This document shows positions 48,523-56,743 of a stretch of 64,000 nt of DNA, piece after piece. Both the position numbers and the translations under genes were made by a program. Each line of letters opens with the position of its first letter. Position 1 is the stretch's first letter. Source of the DNA: an uncultured Candidatus Saccharibacteria bacterium (lineage in GTDB: Bacteria; Patescibacteriota; Minisyncoccia; Sungbacterales; HO2-52-23); contig CAZPDF010000003.1 in the NCBI GenBank assembly GCA_964585475.1, positions 7,983 through 71,982 of the forward strand, read 5' to 3'. The notes beneath the pieces were generated by a model, which worked only from the letters and a program-made list of their open reading frames with translations, was not told the origin of the DNA and made no database searches.

Positions 48523-50042
48523 TATATTTCCTGTTTCGGCCTATATAGTAATGCTTCTCCGATATGGCCTTGTTCGATATCCTCCGCTCCGGCAAGATCC
48601 GCAATGGTGCGTGAGAGCTTGAGCACCCGATGATATGAGCGCGCGCTAAGCCCGTGTTGTTCGTGCGCCATACGCAGTACGGGCCTCAGTGAGTCCTTTA
48701 TTTTAATAAATTGTTTTATCTCACCGAGACCCATTTCGCTGTTGGTGTGAATCAATGTACCCCGAAAGCGTTTCTCCTGTACCGCTCGGGCAACCGCGAC
48801 CCGTTTTCGAACCTCTTCCGAGGACTCCGAATCCCCGCCTTCCAATTTCTCGTATTCAACCGCTGGCGTTTCGATGTGGATATCTATGCGATCGAGTATG
48901 GGGCCCGAAAGCTTTTTCTTGTATTTTTGTATTGCCCCGGGCAGACAGACGCAGTCCTTAACCGCGTTCCCGAGATTACCGCAAGGACAAGGATTCATGG
49001 CACCGACGAGCATCACATGGGCGGGGAAGGTTTCCACGCCCTGCACCCGCGTGACAGTCACCGTCCGTTCCTCAAGGGGCTGGCGGAGAGATTCGATTAC
49101 CCGGCGATCGAATTCCGGAATTTCGTCCAGAAACAATACTCCGCGGTGAGCCAGCGTTATTTCTCCAGGACGCGGATAAGACCCGCCGCCGATAATTGCG
49201 GTGTAGGAGGAGGTATGATGAGGATTGCGGAAGGGCCGGGATGTAATATACGGCCGTTTTCCGTCGAGGAGTCCTGCAATGCTGTATATTCGGCTGACCT
49301 CAAGGGCCTCTGCAAAAGAAAGCGGGGGCAGAATTGAGGGAAGGGCGCGGGCCAGGATGGTCTTTCCCGCTCCCGGCGGACCGGACATCAGAATATTATG
49401 GTTCCCGGCCGAGGCAACTTCAAGGGCGCGTTTAACCATTTCCTGTCCCCGAATGTCTTTGAAATCAATGTCCGAAGCGGTTTCATTCCTCCGCATCTCC
49501 TCACGGGGTAGGGGCGCGATAGTTTTTCTTCCGGAAAGATATTCTATGGTTTCCTGCAGGCTAGCAGTTTCAATTATTTCTATTCCATCAAGTATGGCGG
49601 CCTCGGCTCCGTTTCCGCGCGGAAGAATGATCCGGGAGAATCCGCTTGCGCGAGCAACCATGGCGATCGGAAGAACGCCGGAAACCTTGCGGAGGGTCCC
49701 ATCCAGCCCCAGTTCTCCCAGAATCAGGGTTCCGCGTGGCGCGAAGTTTATTTGGCCCGACGCAAGTAGATATCCTATGGCAATGGCCAAATCAAAAGCA
49801 GGTCCTTCTTTTTTGATGTCAGCCGGCGCAAGATTAATAATTACGCGTTGAGCCTTTTTATGCGGGGCAAGCGCCCCGAGGTTTTTGATGGCAGCGCCTA
49901 TTCGTTCGCGCGATTCCTGGACTTCTTTATCGGCCAGGCCCACAATCGAGAAAATGTGAAGGCCGGACGTTATGTCAACTTCCACCGAGATCGGACGCGC
50001 CTCAAGCCCCGTCACCTGGGCAGAGTATACTGTTACGGCCAT
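48522..50042 (-). CDS. comM: ComM/YifB Mg-chelatase-like ATPase
   Basis: INLAPADIKKEG, GELGLDG, GPPGAGKT, PFRNPHHT, LAHRGVLFLDE, MNPCPCG. Confidence 0.93.
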   Translation of the reverse strand: MAVTVYSAQVTGLEARPISVEVDITSGLHIFSIVGLADKEVQESRERIGAAIKNLGALAPHKKAQRVIINLAPADIKKEGPAFDLAIAIGYLLASGQINFAPRGTLILGELGLDGTLRKVSGVLPIAMVARASGFSRIILPRGNGAEAAILDGIEIIETASLQETIEYLSGRKTIAPLPREEMRRNETASDIDFKDIRGQEMVKRALEVASAGNHNILMSGPPGAGKTILARALPSILPPLSFAEALEVSRIYSIAGLLDGKRPYITSRPFRNPHHTSSYTAIIGGGSYPRPGEITLAHRGVLFLDEIPEFDRRVIESLRQPLEERTVTVTRVQGVETFPAHVMLVGAMNPCPCGNLGNAVKDCVCLPGAIQKYKKKLSGPILDRIDIHIETPAVEYEKLEGGDSESSEEVRKRVAVARAVQEKRFRGTLIHTNSEMGLGEIKQFIKIKDSLRPVLRMAHEQHGLSARSYHRVLKLSRTIADLAGAEDIEQGHIGEALLYRPKQEI

Positions 50043-50093
50043 AAAAAAATCTGCCCCTCCCGTGCAGCTTATACGTTATTATAAAATTAAAAA

Positions 50094-50468
50094 TCAGGGC
50101 GTGTGCTCGGTATGATATTCCGCAGCCGGATTCGCGCGGAGTCTTTCGGGAGGTACCTCCTTTTTACACCTCATGCATATTCCGTAGTCACCCCGCTCTA
50201 TTCGTTCAAGCGCTTTGGTTATTTCAAGAAGCCGCGATTCTAAGCTGTGCTCGGCTTCAAGCCGTTCTTCGTATTCCTCCACCTCGTCCGCCTCTTCCTC
50301 CAGCGCGGCATGGGACCCTGACTCCGCCTCTTCAAATTTCGGGTATTCCGCATTCCAATTTCCCCCCATCTTGGGGTCGGCCTTGGCAAAGGATTTTAAT
50401 TCGGCAACGAGCTTATTGTGCTCGTTCTTTAGCGCCTTCTTAGATTCATCCAGCAGGGCCTGGTCCAT
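50094..50468 (-). CDS. DksA/TraR family protein
   Basis: ALERIERGDYGICMRC..PERLRANPAA. Confidence 0.8.
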   Translation of the reverse strand: MDQALLDESKKALKNEHNKLVAELKSFAKADPKMGGNWNAEYPKFEEAESGSHAALEEEADEVEEYEERLEAEHSLESRLLEITKALERIERGDYGICMRCKKEVPPERLRANPAAEYHTEHTP

Positions 50469-50531
50469 GGAGGGTACTTTAACAAAGTGGGTAAAAATTT
50501 TCAACCCCGTTAACTGTTTAACGCTTTCTCA

Positions 50532-51425
50532 TCAGCGTACCTCAAATAAGCGGTCAACTGTTTTCTCTAGTGACTCGCGGGAGGTGGTGAGTATAAAAAC
50601 GTCATGCGCCGGGAATACCGCGTAGGCGATGCCGCTCGATCCATCGGCGGAGAGTTTTAAGAATCGCCAGTCAATATTGCGGTAAGTCCGATCTTCGAAA
50701 GCGGACGCTTGCTCCCCGGGCTTTTCACCAAAAAAGAAAGGCCCAAGATCAATCAGCATGTTCTTCTCCCAGGCAAGAAGATTAAACAACGTTCGGTCGG
50801 CATCGCGTACTCGTGCGGCAAGGCCTAGCCGCCCTCCGCCGCCCCCATGATAAACAAAGGGCATAAACGGCTGCTCCACGCTCGAAAGAAAGTTTTGTGG
50901 AGGCCGGATGCGATAAAGGCCAAAGAAATCGGCAAGTGTTGCTGGACGAACTTGGGGGCCGTCCTCCAGGGCAATTGCGATTCGCGTTATTGTGCCCGCG
51001 CGTTCCCCCTGCTTGACCGCCGCTTCAATTGTTTGGCCAAACCTGATCCGTCCTGCGGTTTTTGCCGTAATTTCAAGCGTACGTTCGCTCGAGAAAAGTT
51101 GCGACCCAGAATTTTTATTTGTGGGTTCCAGGGGCGCCGAAGCCGGAGCTCTAAGCCACCAGGACAAACTCAATGCGATGGCCGCGGTTAGTGTGCCGAT
51201 GAGCCCCACGGCAACAAGGGACCGGATCCAGCGCGGTCCGCCCCTTTCCTCTTTTCCGGTACGCGCCGCAATTTCCTGCCCCACGATGTGGATGAACGAA
51301 GGCTTGGTTTTTTGAAAAAGTTCCTGTATATCAGTTTTCATCGTTCGGATTGCTGGCGCGCGTCTCGGCACATTTGTTTCTCGAGCCGAAAGCTCTTTTT
51401 GTAGGTCTTGGATAGGATCGGACAT
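50532..51425 (-). CDS. Hypothetical membrane-anchored protein
   Basis: IRTMKTD N-terminal motif, one TM helix, FEDRTYRNIDWR. Confidence 0.65.
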   Translation of the reverse strand: MSDPIQDLQKELSARETNVPRRAPAIRTMKTDIQELFQKTKPSFIHIVGQEIAARTGKEERGGPRWIRSLVAVGLIGTLTAAIALSLSWWLRAPASAPLEPTNKNSGSQLFSSERTLEITAKTAGRIRFGQTIEAAVKQGERAGTITRIAIALEDGPQVRPATLADFFGLYRIRPPQNFLSSVEQPFMPFVYHGGGGGRLGLAARVRDADRTLFNLLAWEKNMLIDLGPFFFGEKPGEQASAFEDRTYRNIDWRFLKLSADGSSGIAYAVFPAHDVFILTTSRESLEKTVDRLFEVR

Positions 51426-51440
51426 AGAATGCCTTAAGTT

Positions 51441-51589
51441 AAAATCTCAAATCACAAATTTCAAATAACAAACTGACGCAGTGCGTCATCCTGAGGGAGC
51501 GAAGCGACTGAAGGAACCCTGAGTTCCTTCACTTCGTTCAGGACGACCTTCGGTCGGTTTGTAATTTGGTGCTTGGAATTTGGGATTTA
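51441..51589. repeat. Composite element: heptamer arms enclosing a GTCATCCTGA-family palindrome
   Basis: Inverted homolog of 29281-29478. Confidence 0.85.
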
Positions 51590-51659
51590 TATGGCCACCC
51601 TTATCATTTCTGGTGGCATAATCTGCAAGAGAGCTCTGGGGACCGATTAGGGCTTGGAG

Positions 51660-53849
51660 TTACCGTTGGTGGGGCCGCCCGGGTCTTCTGCCCCCGCGGG
51701 GCGCATAAGGCGTTCGTGCCCGTTCTTCCTGGCCGCGCGCTATCTCCTCTTCGCTGTAGCGTCCCGGTACGTCTTTTAGGGAAAGATTGATTCTCCCCTG
51801 CTCGTCAATGTTCCTTACTTTTACCGGCACAATATCTCCTATATTCACAATATCAGTTACTCTCTCCACGTGCCACGGCGCAAGCTCGGAGATATGGATA
51901 AGTCCGTCTTGCCTTGGCCCCACCTCTACCATTGCCCCGAAATCAAGTATGCGGCTAACCTTCCCCTCGAGAATCTCCCCGGGTTTTAGCTCCCGCGTAA
52001 CTTGCTTGATAAGGGACATCGCTTTTTTCATCCCGTTCTCGGTGGTGGAGGTAATGAAGACCGTTCCATCGTCTTCAATGTCAATTTGCGTTCCGGTCTG
52101 CGCAATAATATCGTTTATCACCTTTCCGCCGGGCCCGATGAGGGCCCCTATTTTTTCCGGATTGATTTTGAGAATATTTACTCTTGGTGCCCAAGGCGAG
52201 AGTTCGGGCCTGGGTTCTTTAATGACTTCCTGCATTCGGTCAAGGATCTCAAAGCGTGATCTTCTGGCTTGTTCCAACGTCGAGCGAAGCATTTCCGGCG
52301 TGATGCCCTCGATTTTTACGTCCATCTGCACGGCCGTGATGCCGTCGCGGGTCCCGGCCACTTTAAAATCCATATCGCCGTGGTGGTCTTCCGGCCCTTG
52401 AATGTCGGTGAGAACTTTGTAATCTCCCGTTTCATTTAACATAAGGCCCATGGCCGCACCTGCCGCCGGTTTCTTAAGTGGCACTCCCGCGTCCATCAAG
52501 GCCAGAGACGATCCGCATACGGACGCCATGGAGGTCGAGCCGTTCGAAGATAGGGCCTCGGAGACCACCCGAATAGTATAGGGGAAGTTTTCTTTAAGCG
52601 GGATCAAGGGAAGGAGCGCTCTTCCGGCCAGGGCCCCGTGCCCTATTTCTCTCCTGCCGGGGCCTCGCATGGGTTTCGTTTCTCCGGTTGAGAAGGGCGG
52701 GAAATTATAATGGTGCAGAAAGTGCTTTTTCGTGCGTATTTCCATCCCCTCTATGATTTGTTCATCCCCCGGAGCTCCGAGAGTGAGGGTGGAGAGAACA
52801 TGCGTCTCGCCCCGCATGAAAAGGCCGGATCCGTGAACTCGCGGAAGCATCCCCACGGCCACCCTAATTTCGCGAAGCTCGTCCGGTTTCCTTCCGTCCG
52901 GCCGCTCGCCCTTCCCGAGTATGCGCCGGTGCACGATTTCATTTATTTCCTCCTCAAAGAGAAAATCGGCGGCTGATTTTTGGAATTTTTCCGGGTGGAG
53001 TTCCTTGGCACGCATGACCCACTCCTCCCGCACGACCATCTCCGCATGCTTCATTGTCTTCTTCCCTTTTTGGTAGAGCGCTTCCTCAATGCGCGAGGAA
53101 AACTCCTTTTTAATGAGTGTGCGAAGTTCTTCCGGAGCTTCAAGTAGCGGAACCGGTGACTTTTGTCTCGGATTTTCGGCGATAATACGTTCTTGGAATC
53201 CGATAAATTCTTGCACGAATTTGTATCCCCACTCAACGGAGACAGCAAAATCTTCCTCCGAAATTTCGTTTGCGCCGGCTTCTATCATGTTTATCCGCTC
53301 TCGGGTTCCGGAGACAATGACATCCAGATCCCCCCTTTGCCGCTCCTCGTGGGTTGGGTTTAAAAGAAATTTTCCTTCTATTCTTCCAACGCGTACTCCT
53401 GCAATCGGGCCTTGCCAGGGAATGTCGGAGAGGGAAAGCGCCAGGGACGAAGCCAGAAGTGCTACGATATCCGGATCGTTCTCGTCATCCACCGAGAGAA
53501 TAGTAAGAACTAACTGCACCTCGTTTCTCATGCGCATGTCGAATCTGGGGCGGAGGGAGCGATCAATAAGCCGTGCGGCCAGAGTCGCCTCCTCCGAGGG
53601 CCTGGTTTCGCGTTTGACGAAGCGGGAGCCAAGAATTTTGCCCGTGGCGTAAAATTTCTCTTCGTACTCTACGGTAAGCGGGAAAAAATCGCCGCCCTCC
53701 CGCGGGGTTTTATTCATGACGGCGGTGGCGAGTACCATCGTATCTCCCAGACGCACCAAAACCGAGCCGTTGGCTTGTTCGGCCCAGTTATTGAGCTCTA
53801 TTAAAAAATTTTTCCCCCCTAACGAGTGCGAATACGTTTTAGTATCCAC
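51660..53849 (-). CDS. pnp: Polyribonucleotide nucleotidyltransferase
   Basis: FFPLTVEY, RLIDRSLRP, HYNFPPFS, RREIGHG, SNGSTSMAS, GDMDFKVAG, KH and S1 domains. Confidence 0.98.
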   Translation of the reverse strand: MDTKTYSHSLGGKNFLIELNNWAEQANGSVLVRLGDTMVLATAVMNKTPREGGDFFPLTVEYEEKFYATGKILGSRFVKRETRPSEEATLAARLIDRSLRPRFDMRMRNEVQLVLTILSVDDENDPDIVALLASSLALSLSDIPWQGPIAGVRVGRIEGKFLLNPTHEERQRGDLDVIVSGTRERINMIEAGANEISEEDFAVSVEWGYKFVQEFIGFQERIIAENPRQKSPVPLLEAPEELRTLIKKEFSSRIEEALYQKGKKTMKHAEMVVREEWVMRAKELHPEKFQKSAADFLFEEEINEIVHRRILGKGERPDGRKPDELREIRVAVGMLPRVHGSGLFMRGETHVLSTLTLGAPGDEQIIEGMEIRTKKHFLHHYNFPPFSTGETKPMRGPGRREIGHGALAGRALLPLIPLKENFPYTIRVVSEALSSNGSTSMASVCGSSLALMDAGVPLKKPAAGAAMGLMLNETGDYKVLTDIQGPEDHHGDMDFKVAGTRDGITAVQMDVKIEGITPEMLRSTLEQARRSRFEILDRMQEVIKEPRPELSPWAPRVNILKINPEKIGALIGPGGKVINDIIAQTGTQIDIEDDGTVFITSTTENGMKKAMSLIKQVTRELKPGEILEGKVSRILDFGAMVEVGPRQDGLIHISELAPWHVERVTDIVNIGDIVPVKVRNIDEQGRINLSLKDVPGRYSEEEIARGQEERARTPYAPRGGRRPGRPHQR

Positions 53850-53859
53850 CTATCTTTTG

Positions 53860-54056
53860 GCGTTGGGATCGCGGAAGAAGAGAGCAATCGATACGAGATC
53901 ATTCATCCAGCCCTCTTAGCTGTACGTAATTTATTCTGCCCCTAAGTACGCCTTAATATAATTATCTGGATAAATTATATCTCGGCGGCTTAGAGGGCTG
54001 GATGAATGATGTATCGCGTTTTAATTCCTTCTCTTTCTTCGCACTTCTCCCCACGC
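53860..54056 (-). promoter_or_regulatory. Long rod-like hairpin in the pnp leader
   Basis: 19-bp perfect stem 53898-53916/53992-54010 with further outer and inner pairing. Confidence 0.6.
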
Positions 54057-54082
54057 AATTTACATGTTAGATATCACATAAT

Positions 54083-54652
54083 TTACCTAATCCTCATAAG
54101 AAATTTTCTTTGGTCGGCTCCAAGATCTGTAAATTCGTCGGTTGATTCCTGAAGTTTTTGCGACGCCGACCTCGCAAATGCCATGACTTCTACCCGTACG
54201 CCGTTTGCTTTGAGGTATTCAACCAGCGGCACGAAGTCGCCGTCCCCGGTGATAAGGACTATGGCGTCAATAAAGGTTCCGGCGAGGCGAACCGCATCAA
54301 TGGCCATGCCCACATCCCAGTCCGCTTTCTTCATGCCCCCGGGGAAAATCTGCAGATCCTTGATGCGCGTCTCAATCCCCATTTTAGTCAGCGCTTCAAG
54401 AAACGGTTTCTCCTCTCCGGATTCGGTGCGAATGACATAGGCAAAAGCGCGGACAAGTTCCCTTCCCTCCACCGCAAAGCGCAATACCTCCTTGAAATTT
54501 ACGCGCGCGCCGTAAAGATTCTTGGCCGAGTGGTACAGATTCTGCACGTCAATGAATACGGCAACGCGCTGGGCTTTGTGTTTTAATATGTTCACTTCGT
54601 TCACGAAATCGCCAATCAGTCTTGAATTAATTCGCGAATAGATAATTCGCAA
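54083..54652 (-). CDS. NYN/LabA-DUF88 PIN-like domain protein (start uncertain)
   Basis: VAVFIDVQNLY, KKADWDVGMAID, TGDGDFVPL. Confidence 0.9.
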   Translation of the reverse strand: MRIIYSRINSRLIGDFVNEVNILKHKAQRVAVFIDVQNLYHSAKNLYGARVNFKEVLRFAVEGRELVRAFAYVIRTESGEEKPFLEALTKMGIETRIKDLQIFPGGMKKADWDVGMAIDAVRLAGTFIDAIVLITGDGDFVPLVEYLKANGVRVEVMAFARSASQKLQESTDEFTDLGADQRKFLMRIR

Positions 54653-54663
54653 GGGACTAGAGA

Positions 54664-54933
54664 TTACCTTTTCAACCCTAGTTTCTTTATAACGCTATTA
54701 TATTTTCTGATATTCGACTCCTTGAGATAGTCCAGAAACTTTTTTCTCCGCGCGACCATTCCCAAAAGCCCCCGGCGCGAGTGGTGGTCTTTTGGGTGGG
54801 TTTTCAAGTGTCCAGTCAGGCGGACGATCTCTTCTGTGAGCACGGCAATTTGCACCTCGCTGGATCCCGTGTCTTTATCATGGGCCCTGAATTTTTCAAT
54901 GATTTTTGATTTTTCTTTTTGGGCCAGAGCCAT
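54664..54933 (-). CDS. rpsO: 30S ribosomal protein S15
   Basis: [22 protein letters not shown]. Confidence 0.98.
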   Translation of the reverse strand: MALAQKEKSKIIEKFRAHDKDTGSSEVQIAVLTEEIVRLTGHLKTHPKDHHSRRGLLGMVARRKKFLDYLKESNIRKYNSVIKKLGLKR

Positions 54934-55031
54934 ACTTTATGACTCTATCACGCCCCTGGTCTTTTTGCAATACCTTCACGACGCCGCTGTAATCTGATAT
55001 TTTAAAGAGAGTTCTTGTTGGAGAGAATATT

Positions 55032-56036
55032 ATGAAATCACGCGCTCTTGTATTAAGAGAGCTTATTGCCCGTCCGCAGGGCGTTTCGGTGCCCGGCATA
55101 ACCGTTCCCCTGGATGCGTATATAGCAGAGCTTATCGGCCTTTTGGCGGGATATGGCGGTGGATTCGCTCAAGCCGGCCAAGACGGGAAACCTGACCGTG
55201 GATTCATCTCTCGAGATGGTATGATCGGGCGCGCAAGAAGAATTGTTTCCGCCACTTCCCTTCCCATACTTTTCGACATTGACGACGGATACGGAGACGC
55301 CCTGATTGCGCGTGATACCGTTCGGGAACTTCTTGAAACCGTGCCCAATCTTGCGGCTTTTCATATCGAAGACCAGCGGTTTCCCAAGCGATGCGGACAT
55401 ATAGCCGGAAAGGACGTTTTGCCTCTGGACGAATTTCTGGGCAAACTTGATGCGGTCTTGGACATGCGAGAGAAACTGGGCAGGAAAGATGTCAGTGTAG
55501 TTGCCAGAACAGACGCCTTTAGCGCGGCCTCCGGAAAGAAGGACAAGAAGCTCGGCGGGGATATCCGTGAAGTCGTAAAAAGACTTTGCGCATATAAAAA
55601 ACTTGGAGCGGATGTGGGATGGGCTGAGACGCCCGACCCTCGCTATAAAGTTGCGGAAGAAATCGCGCTTAGAGTACGCGATAAATTTCCCGACTTTCCG
55701 CTGGCTTATAATGTTTCGCCTTCGTTCTCGCATGAGGATTGGGAGCGGTGGGCGGATGAGACCTCTGACGAGCGATTAAACGATTTGGGCTACAAACTCC
55801 GATTTATTACCTACTTTTCTTTGGTGGTGCAGGTCTGGGCAGTGGAGAGCTTTATGCGGGTGTTTAAGGACCTCGGCGCTACGCGGACTCTCCGCGAGAT
55901 TAAACGCATAGTTAAAGGGACCCTGGCTGAGAATATAATGAAATTGGTAGGAGTTCCGGAGGCCCTTGAACTTGAACGGCGTTTTATTCCGGGATCCGGC
56001 AAAAAACAGAAACACTCGGAGGGCTTCGGGGCGTAG
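55032..56036 (+). CDS. Isocitrate lyase/PEP mutase superfamily enzyme (methylisocitrate lyase-like)
   Basis: DIDDGYG, HIEDQRFPKRCGH, VARTDA, YN.SPSF. Confidence 0.85.
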   Translation: MKSRALVLRELIARPQGVSVPGITVPLDAYIAELIGLLAGYGGGFAQAGQDGKPDRGFISRDGMIGRARRIVSATSLPILFDIDDGYGDALIARDTVRELLETVPNLAAFHIEDQRFPKRCGHIAGKDVLPLDEFLGKLDAVLDMREKLGRKDVSVVARTDAFSAASGKKDKKLGGDIREVVKRLCAYKKLGADVGWAETPDPRYKVAEEIALRVRDKFPDFPLAYNVSPSFSHEDWERWADETSDERLNDLGYKLRFITYFSLVVQVWAVESFMRVFKDLGATRTLREIKRIVKGTLAENIMKLVGVPEALELERRFIPGSGKKQKHSEGFGA

Positions 56037-56041
56037 ATACG

Positions 56042-56068
56042 AAAACGACGGCCTCGCCGTCGTTTTTT
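56042..56068. terminator. Bidirectional intrinsic terminator
   Basis: aaaacgacggc-ctc-gccgtcgtttttt. Confidence 0.75.
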
Positions 56069-56072
56069 AAAT

Positions 56073-56233
56073 TCCGCCCGGCAGGATTCCGTCGCTCCGC
56101 TCCTAGAACCCGTCGCACTCGCTCAACCCGGTGGACTCGCTCGCGCTCCTTGAAACCTTGCGGTTTCAATACTTCCACTGCGGGAAAACTCCCGTTTTCC
56201 CGACCCCTTTCCCAGGTTCTCATCCTGCCGGAA
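56073..56233 (-). repeat. tRNA-3'-end-associated hairpin element with a 17-bp duplication of the tRNA 3' end
   Basis: tccgcccggcaggattc at 56073-56089 = 56277-56293; closing arm atcctgccgg. Confidence 0.7.
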
Positions 56234-56276
56234 GTTAAATTTCAAACCCGCTTTCAGTGGGTTTAAAATTTTACAA

Positions 56277-56489
56277 TCCGCCCGGCAGGATTCGAACCCC
56301 GCACAGCAGCAAGACTGTATGCGGGGCAGGCCTGCGATTAACTCGACTGCGGCATTTACCCCGTACTAAATTTATCCGGTTCGTCCCCCGAGACTCGAAC
56401 TCGGAACCGCCGCCTTAAGAGGGAGCTGCTCTACCAATTGAGCTAGGGGCGGACACAGAATCGGGACTCTACCGCTGAGCTATGCGCGG
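56277..56489 (-). pseudogene. Interrupted outer tRNA-like gene (isotype uncertain, possibly Lys)
   Basis: CCGCGCATAGCTCAGCGGTAGAG 5' half; GCAGG[34-nt palindrome]TTCGAATCCTGCCGGGCGGA 3' half. Confidence 0.65.
56380..56452 (-). tRNA. tRNA-Lys(CUU), nested, probably degenerate
   Basis: Cloverleaf with CTCTTAA loop; mismatches in acceptor and anticodon stems. Confidence 0.6.
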
Positions 56490-56503
56490 GTTTTGAAATT
56501 TTT

Positions 56504-56684
56504 CGCGCCCATCAGGACTCGAACCCCAAACCTCTTGGTCCGAAGCCAAGCGCTCTGTCTTCACCCTCCCACCTTTCTCGTCCCTGCGAGGACTCGAACC
56601 CCGAACCTCTTGCTTCGAAGGCAAGCGCTCTGTCCAGTTGAGCTACAGGGACAAAGGTGGGAGGGCAAGTCGAGCTATGGGCGC
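56504..56684 (-). pseudogene. Outer tRNA-Arg(UCG) interrupted in the D-loop
   Basis: GCGCCCA/TGGGCGC acceptor, CTTGG-CTTCGGA-CCAAG anticodon arm; about 106-nt insert in the D-loop. Confidence 0.8.
56579..56652 (-). tRNA. tRNA-Arg(UCG), intact, nested
   Basis: GTCCCTGTAGCTCAACTGGACAGAGCGCTTGCCTTCGAAGCAAGAGGTTCGGGGTTCGAGTCCTCGCAGGGACG; all stems pair. Confidence 0.92.
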
Positions 56685-56743
56685 ATCGAAGAAAAAATAT
56701 CATAAAAGTTGAAAAATATCAAGTTTTTGATATAATAACAGCG

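Noticed and set aside
56073-56293. Prophage or genomic island between att-like 17-bp repeats
   Set aside because: Only about 200 nt apart, with no integrase or phage genes.
56504-56684. Nested tRNA-Arg as a simple tandem duplication or collapsed-repeat artefact
   Set aside because: Inner and outer copies differ by compensatory stem changes and the inner has its own IR flanks; read mapping is still needed to exclude misassembly fully.
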